A stretch of 63,750 bases of DNA, filler included, from Folioceros fuciformis (lineage: Eukaryota), in NCBI GenBank assembly GCA_049999805.1. It is 8 parts of 8 records of this genome, joined end to end, with 100 filler letters (N's around TTAATTAATTAA, not from the genome) between each part and the next. Parts side by side here need not be neighbours in the genome. Positions count along the whole stretch, not along the records: positions 38,362 to 46,883 come from JBNGIO010002114.1; positions 46,984 to 49,952 come from JBNGIO010002115.1; 6 more parts are not named here. One strand, 5' to 3'. The notes below the pieces were generated by a model. That model searched no databases. It was not told the DNA's origin and saw only the letters and a list, made by a program, of their open reading frames with translations. The position numbers and the translations under genes were made by a program. Within the stretch, counting starts at the first letter, position 1. Each line of letters opens with the position of its first letter. Of the stretch, positions 38,362-49,800 are shown piece after piece.

Positions 38362-39430
38362 CTCCTTCCTCTTCCCCCACCGCAGCTTTATCTACACTTT
38401 TTTCGCCAGATAGTTTTGCAACCGTTGCCGAAGCACTGCCTGGTTCCTCTTTGGAACCGTTTTCCTCCTATGAAGAAGAGCTGTACTCGAATAACCGTCC
38501 ACTCCTAGGCCTAGGCACAAACGCAACAACACCTTCCGGACGGTCTATCATTGGCACACTTTCTTCTACCTCCAAACCCAAAAGCGATTGTTGCCTTCCT
38601 CCAGCGCGCACGCCTCCTTCCTCTTTTCCTCCACATTCACCCTTGCCTGCCCTGTCTTCTTCTACCATTGCCTTCTTCTCCTTTTCTTGGCGCTCTACTG
38701 AAAACTTGCTCACTGGTGAGTCTGACCTCCCACTTGCTGGTGAACTTACTCCTTGATCCAACGAAATGTCCGTCTCCTTGCTCTCCACCAATCCATCAAC
38801 CAGCACAGGCAGATGCGCATTGGATGCCTCTACTTCCGCACCCTGGAGCGTAGAGTTTGTCTCGCCCCCACCACTTGATCCGCTCACGTCCTAGATTGCT
38901 TGTAAGACCCCACCTTCCTCACACACCACGATGCCTAATTCCTTCTTTGCTGCCGCTGCTGCTGATACACCTTCCTCATGTCCTACCAAAACCATTGCCT
39001 CGCCTCCTGCTGATGTAGTCACTCCTTTGCCTCCCAACGTTCTCTCCACTTTGATCTCAGACCACCACAGCTCCATCTTTCTTGGCCTTTTCTTGATCTA
39101 CTGCGCTACCCACTAACAACAGAGCACTACAAGGAGGTGGAGGCAACACATGCGGCCCACAAACATTTGTCAAGGCATCCCGCAGCCATTCCAAGCCAAG
39201 ATTGAGACCGCCCTTCAACCTTTCCAACTCCTCTGCCTGCTCTTGAAACTGCTGCAACAACTGAGCCTTTGCAAACCTCTGTGCTGGAGGCTTCTTAACA
39301 TTGTCTTTGACCAACCCTCTCGCATGTGCCCTAGAGGTTCCCGCTACCACAGCCTGCTCCTTCTTCTTGCCCACCATGTTCGTCAAACCCTCGGCACCAC
39401 GTTCTTGCCAAAGTTCTCCCAAATACCATT
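38362..39430 (-). pseudogene. Decayed charged/low-complexity reading frame, probably transposon-derived
   Basis: Consecutive ORF pieces separated by single TAG stops and one apparent frameshift; no recognisable domain. Confidence 0.35.
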
Positions 39431-40772
39431 CTTGCCACCCTTAAACCTATCGCCTGACAATGTTCCATAGGCATTGAATCTTAGAATAACAAGTTTCAAG
39501 AAATTTTAAAACACCATTATTCTATCTCGTACTTTTTCTTTACTCTATATGCCTTCAACTTTAAGACCCCAACTACCCCTCTCAATCAGATTCCTCCATC
39601 ACACAACTGAACACCCACGACTCTACGGATTCATTTCATCTCTTAATTGCTGTAAAACTCCAAAACTTTTCAGCCAGAACCGTTATCCTATAAGACCACA
39701 CTACTTAATAACTTACAAGAAACGCGCATAATTTTCAAAAGAAATCCTTTCTCAACTCATCACCTTCCAACTCAAACACCTTAAATACTCACATCCACAC
39801 TCTTAACATTCTTGTTCAAGTTGCCTCAAATAAAATCGAACATCCGTCCTCGGATCTTGGCTTTACAAGCTTTTGTACTTTCGCTCTAACCAAAGACCTT
39901 TCCATCCTTGAAGCATGGTAGCACCTATCCCTCTTTGACCCAAACACAACTTACCACTCTAACCAGTACTAGCATCTTAGATCCGTATACTTATTTGCTC
40001 AAACTCACCCTAGAGGTGCCATGTTCCATTGATAGTGACAAGTTTCGTGCAGTCGATCCGACTACCCTCCATATCACGTCATTGTACCCTTCCTACATGC
40101 AATGATTTGTGTGTATGCAAATATGTAACACAGAGGTTTTGATTCAATTGTTCAGTTCGCTACAAGCTCAATGATCAAAGTGTGATGCCAAGATCTGCCA
40201 ATTGTCTATTGTCTCTTAGCTTTCTAAGAGAACTATCAAAAGAATGCTCATTCATTCTTTCCAGACCCCTATATACTTGCAACATTTTGTTGCCAACTAC
40301 TTGGGTGAGCATTCTTAATCGGTATAAACTGTTCACAAAGTTAACTACCAAGATAACTGTGCTTTCCAACCGTCCTTTTGTGAAAACTTTTCATCTATTA
40401 GCTACCTCTTTAGTGAAAACACAATGGATTTATCTTCACTACGCACTTATTTGCTATGAGTTGTCAACTCATACGGAATCGATCTGCACAACAAGTTCAC
40501 ACATATGCAGCACTCTAGCAAACTTTCTAAGTCATGACAGAGTGCATAAAAAAAATAGTGATTTCTTCTGGTGATTGCACCTGCTTTCTCTTTTGTTTAA
40601 CTAACACAACTGTACGGAAGACATGATACGATAAGTTTAAGGTATTAGGCAATTAGGGACATCAATCCCTATCATGGTAAAGAGTTGCTTAAGACAAAAT
40701 TAACAAAAGCCTCAAGCATATAGGTTTCTTTATGAAATGGTTGTACCATTCTATTGGAACACCATCTAGTCC

Positions 40773-40902
40773 AAATCAAAATCGAAGTTGATAACAACAA
40801 CAAAGTCAAAATCGAAGTTTATAACAGAACAAAGTCAAAATCGAAGTTGATAACAGCAACAAAGTCAAAATCGAAGTTGATAACAGCAATAAAGTCAAAA
40901 TC
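40773..40902. repeat. 29-30-bp minisatellite, about 4.4 copies
   Basis: aaagtcaaaatcgaagttgataacagcaac repeated head to tail. Confidence 0.92.
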
Positions 40903-41279
40903 TATGCGCAACCCAACTGAATACTACCCTTGACTCTCTAAAAAGCTTACTAGCTAAGGTCTCTACAACTTGAGGCTCACAATTGAGTCTCTCTTAAGCT
41001 CAAGAGGAAAGTCTCCTCTCTCAAAGCCTATGTAGTGTATCTCTATTGGTTAGCAAGAGCTAGCTAGGAAACATGATTGGCAAACCACATGAATATGGAT
41101 ATTTTGTGTTGAAAGGATGAGAGAACTTTTTGGAGTTCTTACATGAATGGCTTGGAGTAGACGAAAACTATATAAAGCTTGGACAAAGTTTGCCTTGGAC
41201 AAGAAAAGGGCATCAACAAGTGTGTCTATCACTTAAATTTGTGTTCCGCCGACCTATAGCCAGCTGCCTAGATTATATT

Positions 41280-41560
41280 TGTAGGTCACTCAAGTGACTA
41301 CTGTTCCTTTGTTGTAATTAGGGGTGTGTCGGATTTCTAGCACATGAGTGACCAATATTCTTCTCTTGTGATCAAGGGAGTATCAACATTTCTGGTACAT
41401 GAGTGATCACTATTAATTTGTTGTGATCAGGGCTGTGTTAGCTGTTGTGATCAGGGGTGTGTTAGCAGTTATGGTGCATAATTGACCATTGTTCTTATGG
41501 TGCATGAGTGACCATTGTTCTTCTGTTGTAATCAGAGTTGTGCCAACATTTTTAGTAGAT
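41280..41560. repeat. Degenerate tandem repeats, unit about 55 bp
   Basis: Recurring catgagtgacca...ttgtgatcaggg...tgtg..aacattt units. Confidence 0.65.
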
Positions 41561-41598
41561 TAGTCTCATCATGGTAGCTTGTGCATTGAACTCCAATG

Positions 41599-41700
41599 TC
41601 ATGTGTACGACTAAACATTGGAGTCCTAAGGCTGAGCTAAGACATTGCATCATGTGTACGACTAAACATTGGAGTCCTAAGGTTGAGCTAAGGCATTGCA
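41599..41700. repeat. 51-bp tandem duplication with 2 mismatches
   Basis: tcatgtgtacgactaaacattggagtcctaagg(c/t)tgagctaag(a/g)cattgca twice. Confidence 0.95.
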
Positions 41701-43668
41701 TCACCAAGCCTGATGCTGCAACTTCACACTTTGTGAAGTTGCAACTTCCAACTATATCTTACAAGAAAAAGTAGAGATCCAAACCGTCTATGATTGGAAC
41801 AAGATTTTAAAGGATGCCCTTAGGAGATGAGCCTGGTCCTATAGTATTGGGGGGTTGTTCCACATGTCATTCCTCCACTAGACCACTAATGGTATCACAT
41901 AAAGGCCTTTTATTTATTATTTATTCCACATCATGACAATCAGCAGCTGTGAGAATGATGTGAGAAACGGAGCTAGTACCTAAGGAGCTAGTACCTTTTT
42001 GGCTTTTGTCTTATTGGGTTGTCCTGGTTATCTTTGGGATAGGCGAGACTTTCCATCTCTTTCTCAAAATAAAAAATAGTCCAAATCATATAAAATAATA
42101 AGAAAACACAGGTCGCCGTACATTTGACTAGCAGATGCAGTATCCGGACGGCGGCCTATCGCAAATATGAAAAGGCACACTTGACGAGACGTGGCTGGGC
42201 TGGGTCAGTCAGTTTTGCATGCGGTGGCCGGAGAGTGAAGGACCAATAGCCGGTGAGCTGACGAGACAGATGGGTTGGGATTTTTGTGGACCTTCAGCCC
42301 CCTGTTATGGAAATCGACATCGAAATGTCCAGAAAACAATATCTGCTCGGCGGTGGGAAAAGGGTAAGGGAATGTCGATAGTGTAGGTACCATACTACGC
42401 CCCGAGTCGCGAGTGGGGAACGGCTGGACTGGTTGCGGTGCCACGGGACGATGTTGACAAAGCCGGGGATTTTTAATGTATGCGGGTTTTCACGTGGCGT
42501 TGCGGGTGGGTCCGTGAGTGTTGCTCGCAGGACGCAGAGCACCAGAAGCGGAGAGTTTCCTGGAGGACGCTGTGTTCTGACCTGGTTTGGGTAGTGGTGT
42601 TGTGTGCTTGATTTGCTGTCGCCACTGGGGGATTGTCGGGCAAGAGAGACAGGACATTGTGAAGGGAGGAGTGCGTTGTGGATCTGGGCGTGATTGGAGT
42701 CGGAGCAGCGTAATGTCAGTCTGGTGAAGTCGTGGACGGAATTCATGGGGCAGCATGAATGGACGAAGAATCAATTATTGTGTGGAGTATCTGAAGACGA
42801 CAAACAGGTTGAGCTCCGTAGCAGCTACTACTATTGGAGGCTGCCCAACCGTGAAATTATACTTTACTAGACTGCTATCCCTTTCCTGTGACTCTTGTGA
42901 TGGGATCCACGTGTTGACTGTGGTTGCTCTAGCCTGGAGCGATGACGTCCCAGCAAAGGAGGGTCAACAGACAGTGCATGGACAGGGGGGCAAGGAACAA
43001 CTCACGCCAAGAGGATCAATAATGCAGTGACTGGGTATGAAGTAGGATGGAGTCTGCAAGGTGGCCGAACAGCCTGGTTTCCCTTGCCTCCCCTTCCCAT
43101 GCGACCTGGTCCAAGGTCTGAGTCCTGCTCGTTTTCAACCCACAGAGATGGATCCCACCTTCTTCCACCGGATTCCCTCATAATCAGTTTCAGCATTACG
43201 CAGGAAGACCTACCCCGGCTAGCACCGTTAACGCTCCTGGAGCGCCTTAAATCAGTACTCTCCGCGTTGCGTCAACGCTAACTAACCGTTGTGTACTTTG
43301 TCTTGGGCTTGCTGTAAAGGACACTGGCATGATATTTACAACGGCGGCGAGAAATCCGCTATGAATTACACGCGTTGGGATGTGGGAAGACCTGAAACCG
43401 TCGGAATAGTCTGGCTGGATAAAAAATACTCCCTCCCCAGCTTTGTACGCCGGTAGCTACGTGATCATGGACTCTGTCTTCGGTCGTGGCTGCAGCAGGC
43501 TCCCGGGTCCTATGCATGTGGACCGCTGGAGGGCAGTATTCTTAAATCGGGAAGCACCGCATCCCTCAGGCCTGCAGCAGGTCACATCCGAGGCCGGCGT
43601 GATTCTAGTAGTAGTGGAATTGCTGGCCCGGCCTGTGATTCCAGGAGCAAGACGAGTGCAATCCCAAG

Positions 43669-45712
43669 ATGACGGTGGCGGCGGTGGAGGCATTGGAGAG
43701 GGCCAAAGGCAGCAACAGCAGCGGCAGGAGGGTGGTGGTGTTGTTTGTGAAGGTTGCGCTCGTGACGTCGTGCTTCGTGTGCCTCAACCTGGGCTTCAAT
43801 TACAGCTCGCTGCCCAGCCGGTCCGGGGTCCCCCCACGGGAGGAGGGCACCTGGCTGGCGGCATGGATCGGGGATGTGCTGGAGGGCTCGGCTACTGACA
43901 GGAATTCGGAAAAGGAGGCCGTGGACACGAGGGTGGAGCTCTACAACTTGGCCGATGTCTACAGGAGCGGCCAGGTGCTGGGCCGGTTCCGCAACGTGTG
44001 CTACAATGGGAGCCATATTCTTACGCTGGGGGATCGGGAGGCCCCCGCATGCGAGAACGCGCTCAAGCAGGCCCCGAACGAGGGATGGGGGCCGCTCGTC
44101 CCGCTGCTCTGCAACGACACCAAAGCCTGGGACAGGTACCTGTCGGCGCTGCAGACGCAGTACTGGATGCCCTTCGACACCCGCGAGCGTGATTGGTTGC
44201 TCAGCAGGAGCAGGAGCGGCAGCGTGCAGTGGGAGGTCGGCACCACCAGCTTTATCTTCCTGGACCGCAGTACCAGCAATCTTGCCCACTTCGTCGGCAA
44301 GATGAACATGCTTACCCTCTTTAACGGCGCCTCCATCCCCGTCCCTGCCCTGCGCAACACGCTTGTGGACAGATTCTACTTCCCCCTCTACCCCGGCCGC
44401 GAACAGCTGTGGGCCAACACCCCCCGCAACCAGCAGGGATTCCACGCTACCTTCTTGGCCGCCAACCTCAACCGCGTCCTGGCCCCCTTCCACATACCGG
44501 AGCTCCGTGGCCCCGACCTCGTCTCCGGAGACGGCCTCAACGTCGTGGCCGCCCAGGGCAGGGCCAAGCTCGGCCGCGTCCCCTTCATGAACGCGTCCGA
44601 GGACCGCCCGCTCTGCTTCCAGAACGCCTTCCTCCCCGGCATCCTTAAGGTCAATAGCTCATATTACTCTAGTCTTGTTTCGTTCCTGTCTTGTCTGCTC
44701 TTCTTCAATTTGTTTCTTCCCTTCTCTTGCTCTGTGTCTTCGTCCTTTGTTCTTTCTCCTCTTCCCTTGCCCTTCCTCTTCGTCTCTTGCTCCTCCCTGT
44801 TCGGCTCTTGTCCGCCTGTTCGTCTCTTGTCCGCCTTCTCTTGCCGCGTGCCGTCTAACAAGCTGGAGGCCCGACATGCAGCACTCGCACTATGTGGGAC
44901 TGGGCGTGGAGGTTGCGGACATAATGCGGCAGCATTTCCGTGACTGGCTGCACCTGGAGGCGGACACACAGCCGCCGGGGACGGACCCAGCGGTGCTGCT
45001 GTACAGCAGGAGGGACGGCAAGCGGAGGATTTTCTCTCCGGAATCGGAACAAGCGCTGACGCCGGTGCTGGAGGGCATGCAGGGTTTCACGGTGCGGAAC
45101 ATCAGCTTCGGGAAGTTGAGCTTCAGGGAGCAGCTGAAGGCGACGCAGGAGGCGGACGTGGTGATCGCCCTGCACGGGGCCAACCTGGTGAACCCGTCGT
45201 TGCTGGCGCGGAAGAACAGCGTGCTGATCGAGCTGTCGCCTTACCGCGTGCTGCACCGGGCATTCGAGACGCAGGCCATCCAGTCCGGGCTCATCTACAT
45301 GTCGCACCAGTTAGGGCAGGGCAGGCCACAGCCGGGGGACGACGAGGGGCCTTTCAAAGGGCTGGCCTACATCACATGCATGAACGTGCTCGCCTGCAAG
45401 TCCCATTTCGTGCAGGAGAGGAGCGTGGTGCTGGACCAGGAGGACCTGCAGCAAATACAGACCCTGCTGAGCGTGGCCAGGCGGATACATTTCGAGCTCA
45501 CGCGCCATGGCATCACCGTTGCCGACCCTTCCACCACAGAGGAATTCCACGCAGCCTTGGTCCGCATCGTGAAGGAGGAAGCGGGGCTGGACATCTCTTG
45601 CGGCGAGTACCGCAGCACCAGGAATGACCGCTGTCGCTGCACGTGGTTGGCTTTCGCAGATGATGGAGGAGTTCCCACTCTTTGTTATCTCGCCATACGA
45701 TGCAGCTCTTGA
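43669..45712 (+). CDS. Glycosyltransferase family 61 (DUF563-type), type II membrane protein; exons 43669-44649 and 44882-45712
   Basis: N-terminal TM helix; NLAHF; LCFQNA; LLYSRRDGKRRI; LSFREQLKATQEADVVIALHGANLVN...LIELSP. Pyrimidine-rich intron with CTAAC branch point; phase-0 splice keeps frame. Confidence 0.85.
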
Positions 45713-46079
45713 AAGTCCTTCATGCCCCTGTGGTTATGGCCACGCATTCTGTTACCCTCGTACAGCGTTGGCTCAGGTTGCCAGATGTACTGTACATTGG
45801 CCATCGTTCATCAGGGACCCTGGCATCAGACCGTTGCACGGTCCCAGGCACATACCATGCATCGAACGATGGACGTATATACAGTACTCTAGGACCCTCC
45901 AGCCCTAAATCCACGACTCGCTATTTTGATTTTTTGCAGAGGGTAAGAGCACTTGTGGGGAAGCCGGTGTTGCCTGGCCTGTACCGTCTAACATCTTCCT
46001 GCAGTCGCACCCTCCGGTATGTTCCCCTCAATCATATCATGAGCTCGGAGGCTGCGACTGAGGATCCCTGCCTTATCAA

Positions 46080-46254
46080 CCTGCGGCAGGGAGGACGACA
46101 TGATGCCACAGTCCGACCTTGCCTGACAATGGAGCTCTTTTTTCGACCAGTGGCCAGACGCGCCTGCGGCAGGGAGGACGATATGATGCCACAGTCCGAC
46201 CTTGCGTGACAATGGAGCTCTTTTTTCGACCATTGGCCAGACGCGCCTGCGGCA
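46080..46254. repeat. 83-bp tandem repeat (two near-identical copies plus a partial third)
   Basis: Units start at 46080, 46163 and 46246 with cctgcggca. Confidence 0.95.
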
Positions 46255-46690
46255 CGATCGATATCATCTGGTAACCGTGCTCTTCTCCAGAGCAGTTTGA
46301 TCGGCAGTCTTTCATTTTTGGTACCTTGAAGACGAGAACAGTGCGAATCACAACCAGATCGAAGAAGGAGGGGATCCTTTCAGCAACACAGGGCGTTGAA
46401 TGATGAAGGCAAGTTTTGCCGTCATGTAACCCGTCATTCAACACAGGGCGTTGAATGATGACGCCTTCAATTGTCACTCTAAGCAATCGGATGCCTTGCA
46501 AAGTCGTCCCAGCTGTGAGAGCAAGGAGCGTGACTTGGGCAAGCTCCAGGATGCAGCCTCCGAATCCCCCGTTGTGATGTACAGGCCGCCGCTTGACAAA
46601 TCGAGATACACCTGCCGGATATGTTTAGATTCTTCTGGAACAAAATTAATATATATATATAAATACAAACCCAAGACAATGATTTTAGCC

Positions 46691-46792
46691 GCCGCCCTAG
46701 CTCAGTCGGTAGAGCGTAAGGCTCTTAACCATGTGGTCGAGGTTCAAGCCCCCCGGGCCGCGGTGGTCGGGGTTTGAGTCCCGCGGGCGGCG
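46691..46792 (+). tRNA. trnK-CTT: tRNA-Lys(CTT)-like gene or pseudogene with a tandemly duplicated 3' half
   Basis: GCCGCCCTAGCTCAGTCGGTAGAGCG-AAGGCT CTT AACC, then two 30-nt variable/T-arm/acceptor copies (46733-46762 and 46763-46792). Confidence 0.8.
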
Positions 46793-46834
46793 GTGATATC
46801 GTCTTTCACAAGACATCAGTGGTCTATGAGTTGA

Positions 46835-46883
46835 TGCGAAGTCGGTCCAACATTCTAGGCTCTGCGAAGTCGGTCCAACATTC
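46835..46883. repeat. 28-bp-period repeat running into the contig end
   Basis: tgcgaagtcggtccaacattc at 46835 and 46863. Confidence 0.8.
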
Positions 46884-49800
46884 NNNNNNNNNNNNNNNNN
46901 NNNNNNNNNNNNNNNNNNNNNNNNNNNTTAATTAATTAANNNNNNNNNNNNNNNNNNNNNNNNNNNNNNNNNNNNNNNNNNNNGCCTCATTTAATATTTT
47001 CTCCCTGGGCCCGGAATTATGAGGTCGTGCTGATTGCTTACGATCCCGAGGGACCCCCTTCCCCGAAGTCCACCCATATACACTTTCTCTATGCTACGTA
47101 GTGGAACCACCCAGCTTCCTTCAGGCCAATAGAGCAGGTTCTTGTTGACTTCCTGGACCCCATGGCATTGCTGCAAAAGAAGTGAATATAAATCTTCCGC
47201 TTTCCTTCCTCTAATGATGAACATACACTTTATTGAAAAACAAGTCTATCTCAAAACAAAGGAAAACAAAACTACAAAAGCAACTGAATGGAGGAGGGAC
47301 ACACCCCTACACTTCTTTAAATTGCATTCGCCCACGCCCTTGGAAGAGGGCTGAACACTTGATATGCAAAGGTCAAAATATGAGATGAACACCTGACATT
47401 GAAAGGTCAAAATATGAGATACAGGGAGACCATCTCTGTTCTTCAACCTGTTGGGGTAAACTTTGGCACAAGTCTTAAAAAACTTGCAGCATTGCTTACA
47501 TGTGGCTCCATAGTTCTTGATAGCAAAGGAAATGAAGATATGCTCACCCTACATGTGTCTTGGATAACTTGCAGCTATGGTGGCTCCTCTACAAATTGTT
47601 GTGGACAGTTTGCAACCGTCATGGCTCCTTTATATGTACCCACAATCATAGTCACTTGGACATCAACTTGTGATTGTAGAAGGTTTGTATACAAAGCTTA
47701 GTCAACTCGATGTATGGATATGTGTTGTTCAAAGCCATCACAACTGGTAACAAAGCTTGGAAGCCTACCTCTTGGAGGGGACTTGTCACCACTATGAGTC
47801 ATTAAGCAGCAACCTGATGTGCTTGTTTGTTACAACATGTGGAGAGTACAGTTCATCAAGAAGGCGGAAAGAGTCATGTGGCATGGGGGAGAACACATTG
47901 GATGTCGTATAGCTAACCCAACTTCTTGTAGGGGTGCATCAGCTATTGCACCCAATAGAGTTGCAATATGCAGAAAGTAGTGCTTGGGCAACTTATCTAG
48001 AGGCCATTACTAGCTAATGTCTTGCCGGTGCATGTGGTTTTAAGCTATCAAACCCAAGGCATCTCGATGGAACTAGGGATGCAGCAAAAGTTGAATTGTG
48101 GGTACATAAGATTCGAACATACTTGGAGCTCAACGACATGAATCCTTAGTACTACATGTAAGTAGCAGTCACGTTCCTTAGAGGCACTACCTTAGAATAA
48201 TGCGCACAATTCTTAGAAGGGGATGCATGTGGGGAAGAGACAATGACAAGTAATTTGCTTTAGTCTTTGCGAATGGTTCGATCAACAACATCAAGCCTTT
48301 GGGTCTTAATACATGTTTTAGAATTGCACATAGTCTTTTGAAACATTTCAAGCTTCCTACTTTCTTCTCTATGTCTACACCTTCGCTCTTCTTGAGCTCT
48401 AGATATTTCATGCTATCCAACATGTCAGGCTATTCATATGACATTTAAGGGTCCATTGATCCTTTTAGTTTTTTTTTGTTGTTCTTTTCGGTGTTTAAAA
48501 ATAAATAAAATCACTATATTAATGAAATAAACTTACCACTCTATCCATGTCATATAAGTATACACAGTTAACAAGTAAACAAAATGCAACCCTCAAAATC
48601 CTTCAAAACTCCAAGGACATATGTGTTGCTACATACTAAAGTAACATTGGATAATGTCCTATTTGTTAGGATCATCTAATTTAGAGTGTCCTAAAGAACT
48701 TTTAAGCTGGAGATAGACCACCTAAGCCTAGCTCTAGCTAGCTCCATCAACTTTAGTGGTTTGCTTCACCTCTTTCTCATTTGGTAGCCCTAGTACATAG
48801 TTTCCCATCTTTTTTTTTTTCAAGTCAAGAAGTAACCCTTCTAATACCTACAATGCTTGGCACAAGCATAAGCCAAATATGGGATGCATGAAGGTGAACA
48901 ATTCTAGACACAACTTTACCAAGTGCCCACAAGAGTAAGGTGCAACCCTAAACCCTAGACATATCAATCACATAAGAGATGCTCAATGTCATCAGCTATT
49001 ATGCTTTGGACACCTTTATGGCCTTTCTTTCTATTAGTGAAGAGTTTCTTTTAGGAAGTACATTTTTTCTCATTTCTTGTTTTCCTTTTAGCTTTAAGGA
49101 GACTTTGAGCCCATTTATAAACTCTTTTAACTTCAAGCAAAAAGCAATAGTTTAAAAATTGCCTTGTCTCAAGAGAGCAATTTGATTGCTTTATTAGTAT
49201 GAAGACAAGTACTTCTAGAACATGTAGAGAAGATGCTAGTTAAAAAACAAACCCCACTAATTCTTGCCACTAATATTTATATATTATTCAAAATAATTCT
49301 TATATTTTTTTCTTATTTTTGAGCTTTTCGATGTCCAATTATGTTGTAAAAATTAATTCGAATCATTCATTTGTGGAGACATGCTCGTGCTTCTTTCCAA
49401 TAGGACTTTTCTTAATTCACAAATCCAACACAAAATGTGTGGGAGTGAATGGCTTTACCTAATTTTAGAAAAATGGATAAATTTTTTGATGATGTATGTG
49501 GACTCCTCTTTCCAATATAGAGGAATGACACAAGTTATTATATCTCTTGTAGCTAGTTTGGTTGAATATCTTTGAAATATGAATTATATGTTATAATTTT
49601 TATATCCATAATATATATTATGTACATGAGCGATGTATCTTGCACTACAAGGTGTTGTGATATGAAAATGACGTCATAAAATTTTATTGTATGAATTGTA
49701 CTTAAATCTAAGATTATAATTTTCATAAATGAATTTTTTTAAAGATCTTAAGAATAGGAAAGAAGGTCAAAGAAGCAATGTCTAAAGACTAGGCAGAAAA

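Noticed and set aside
46595-46640. YTCRICLDSSG, resembling the start of a RING-CH finger
   Set aside because: Remaining Zn ligands are absent and there is no valid splice donor; too short to call.
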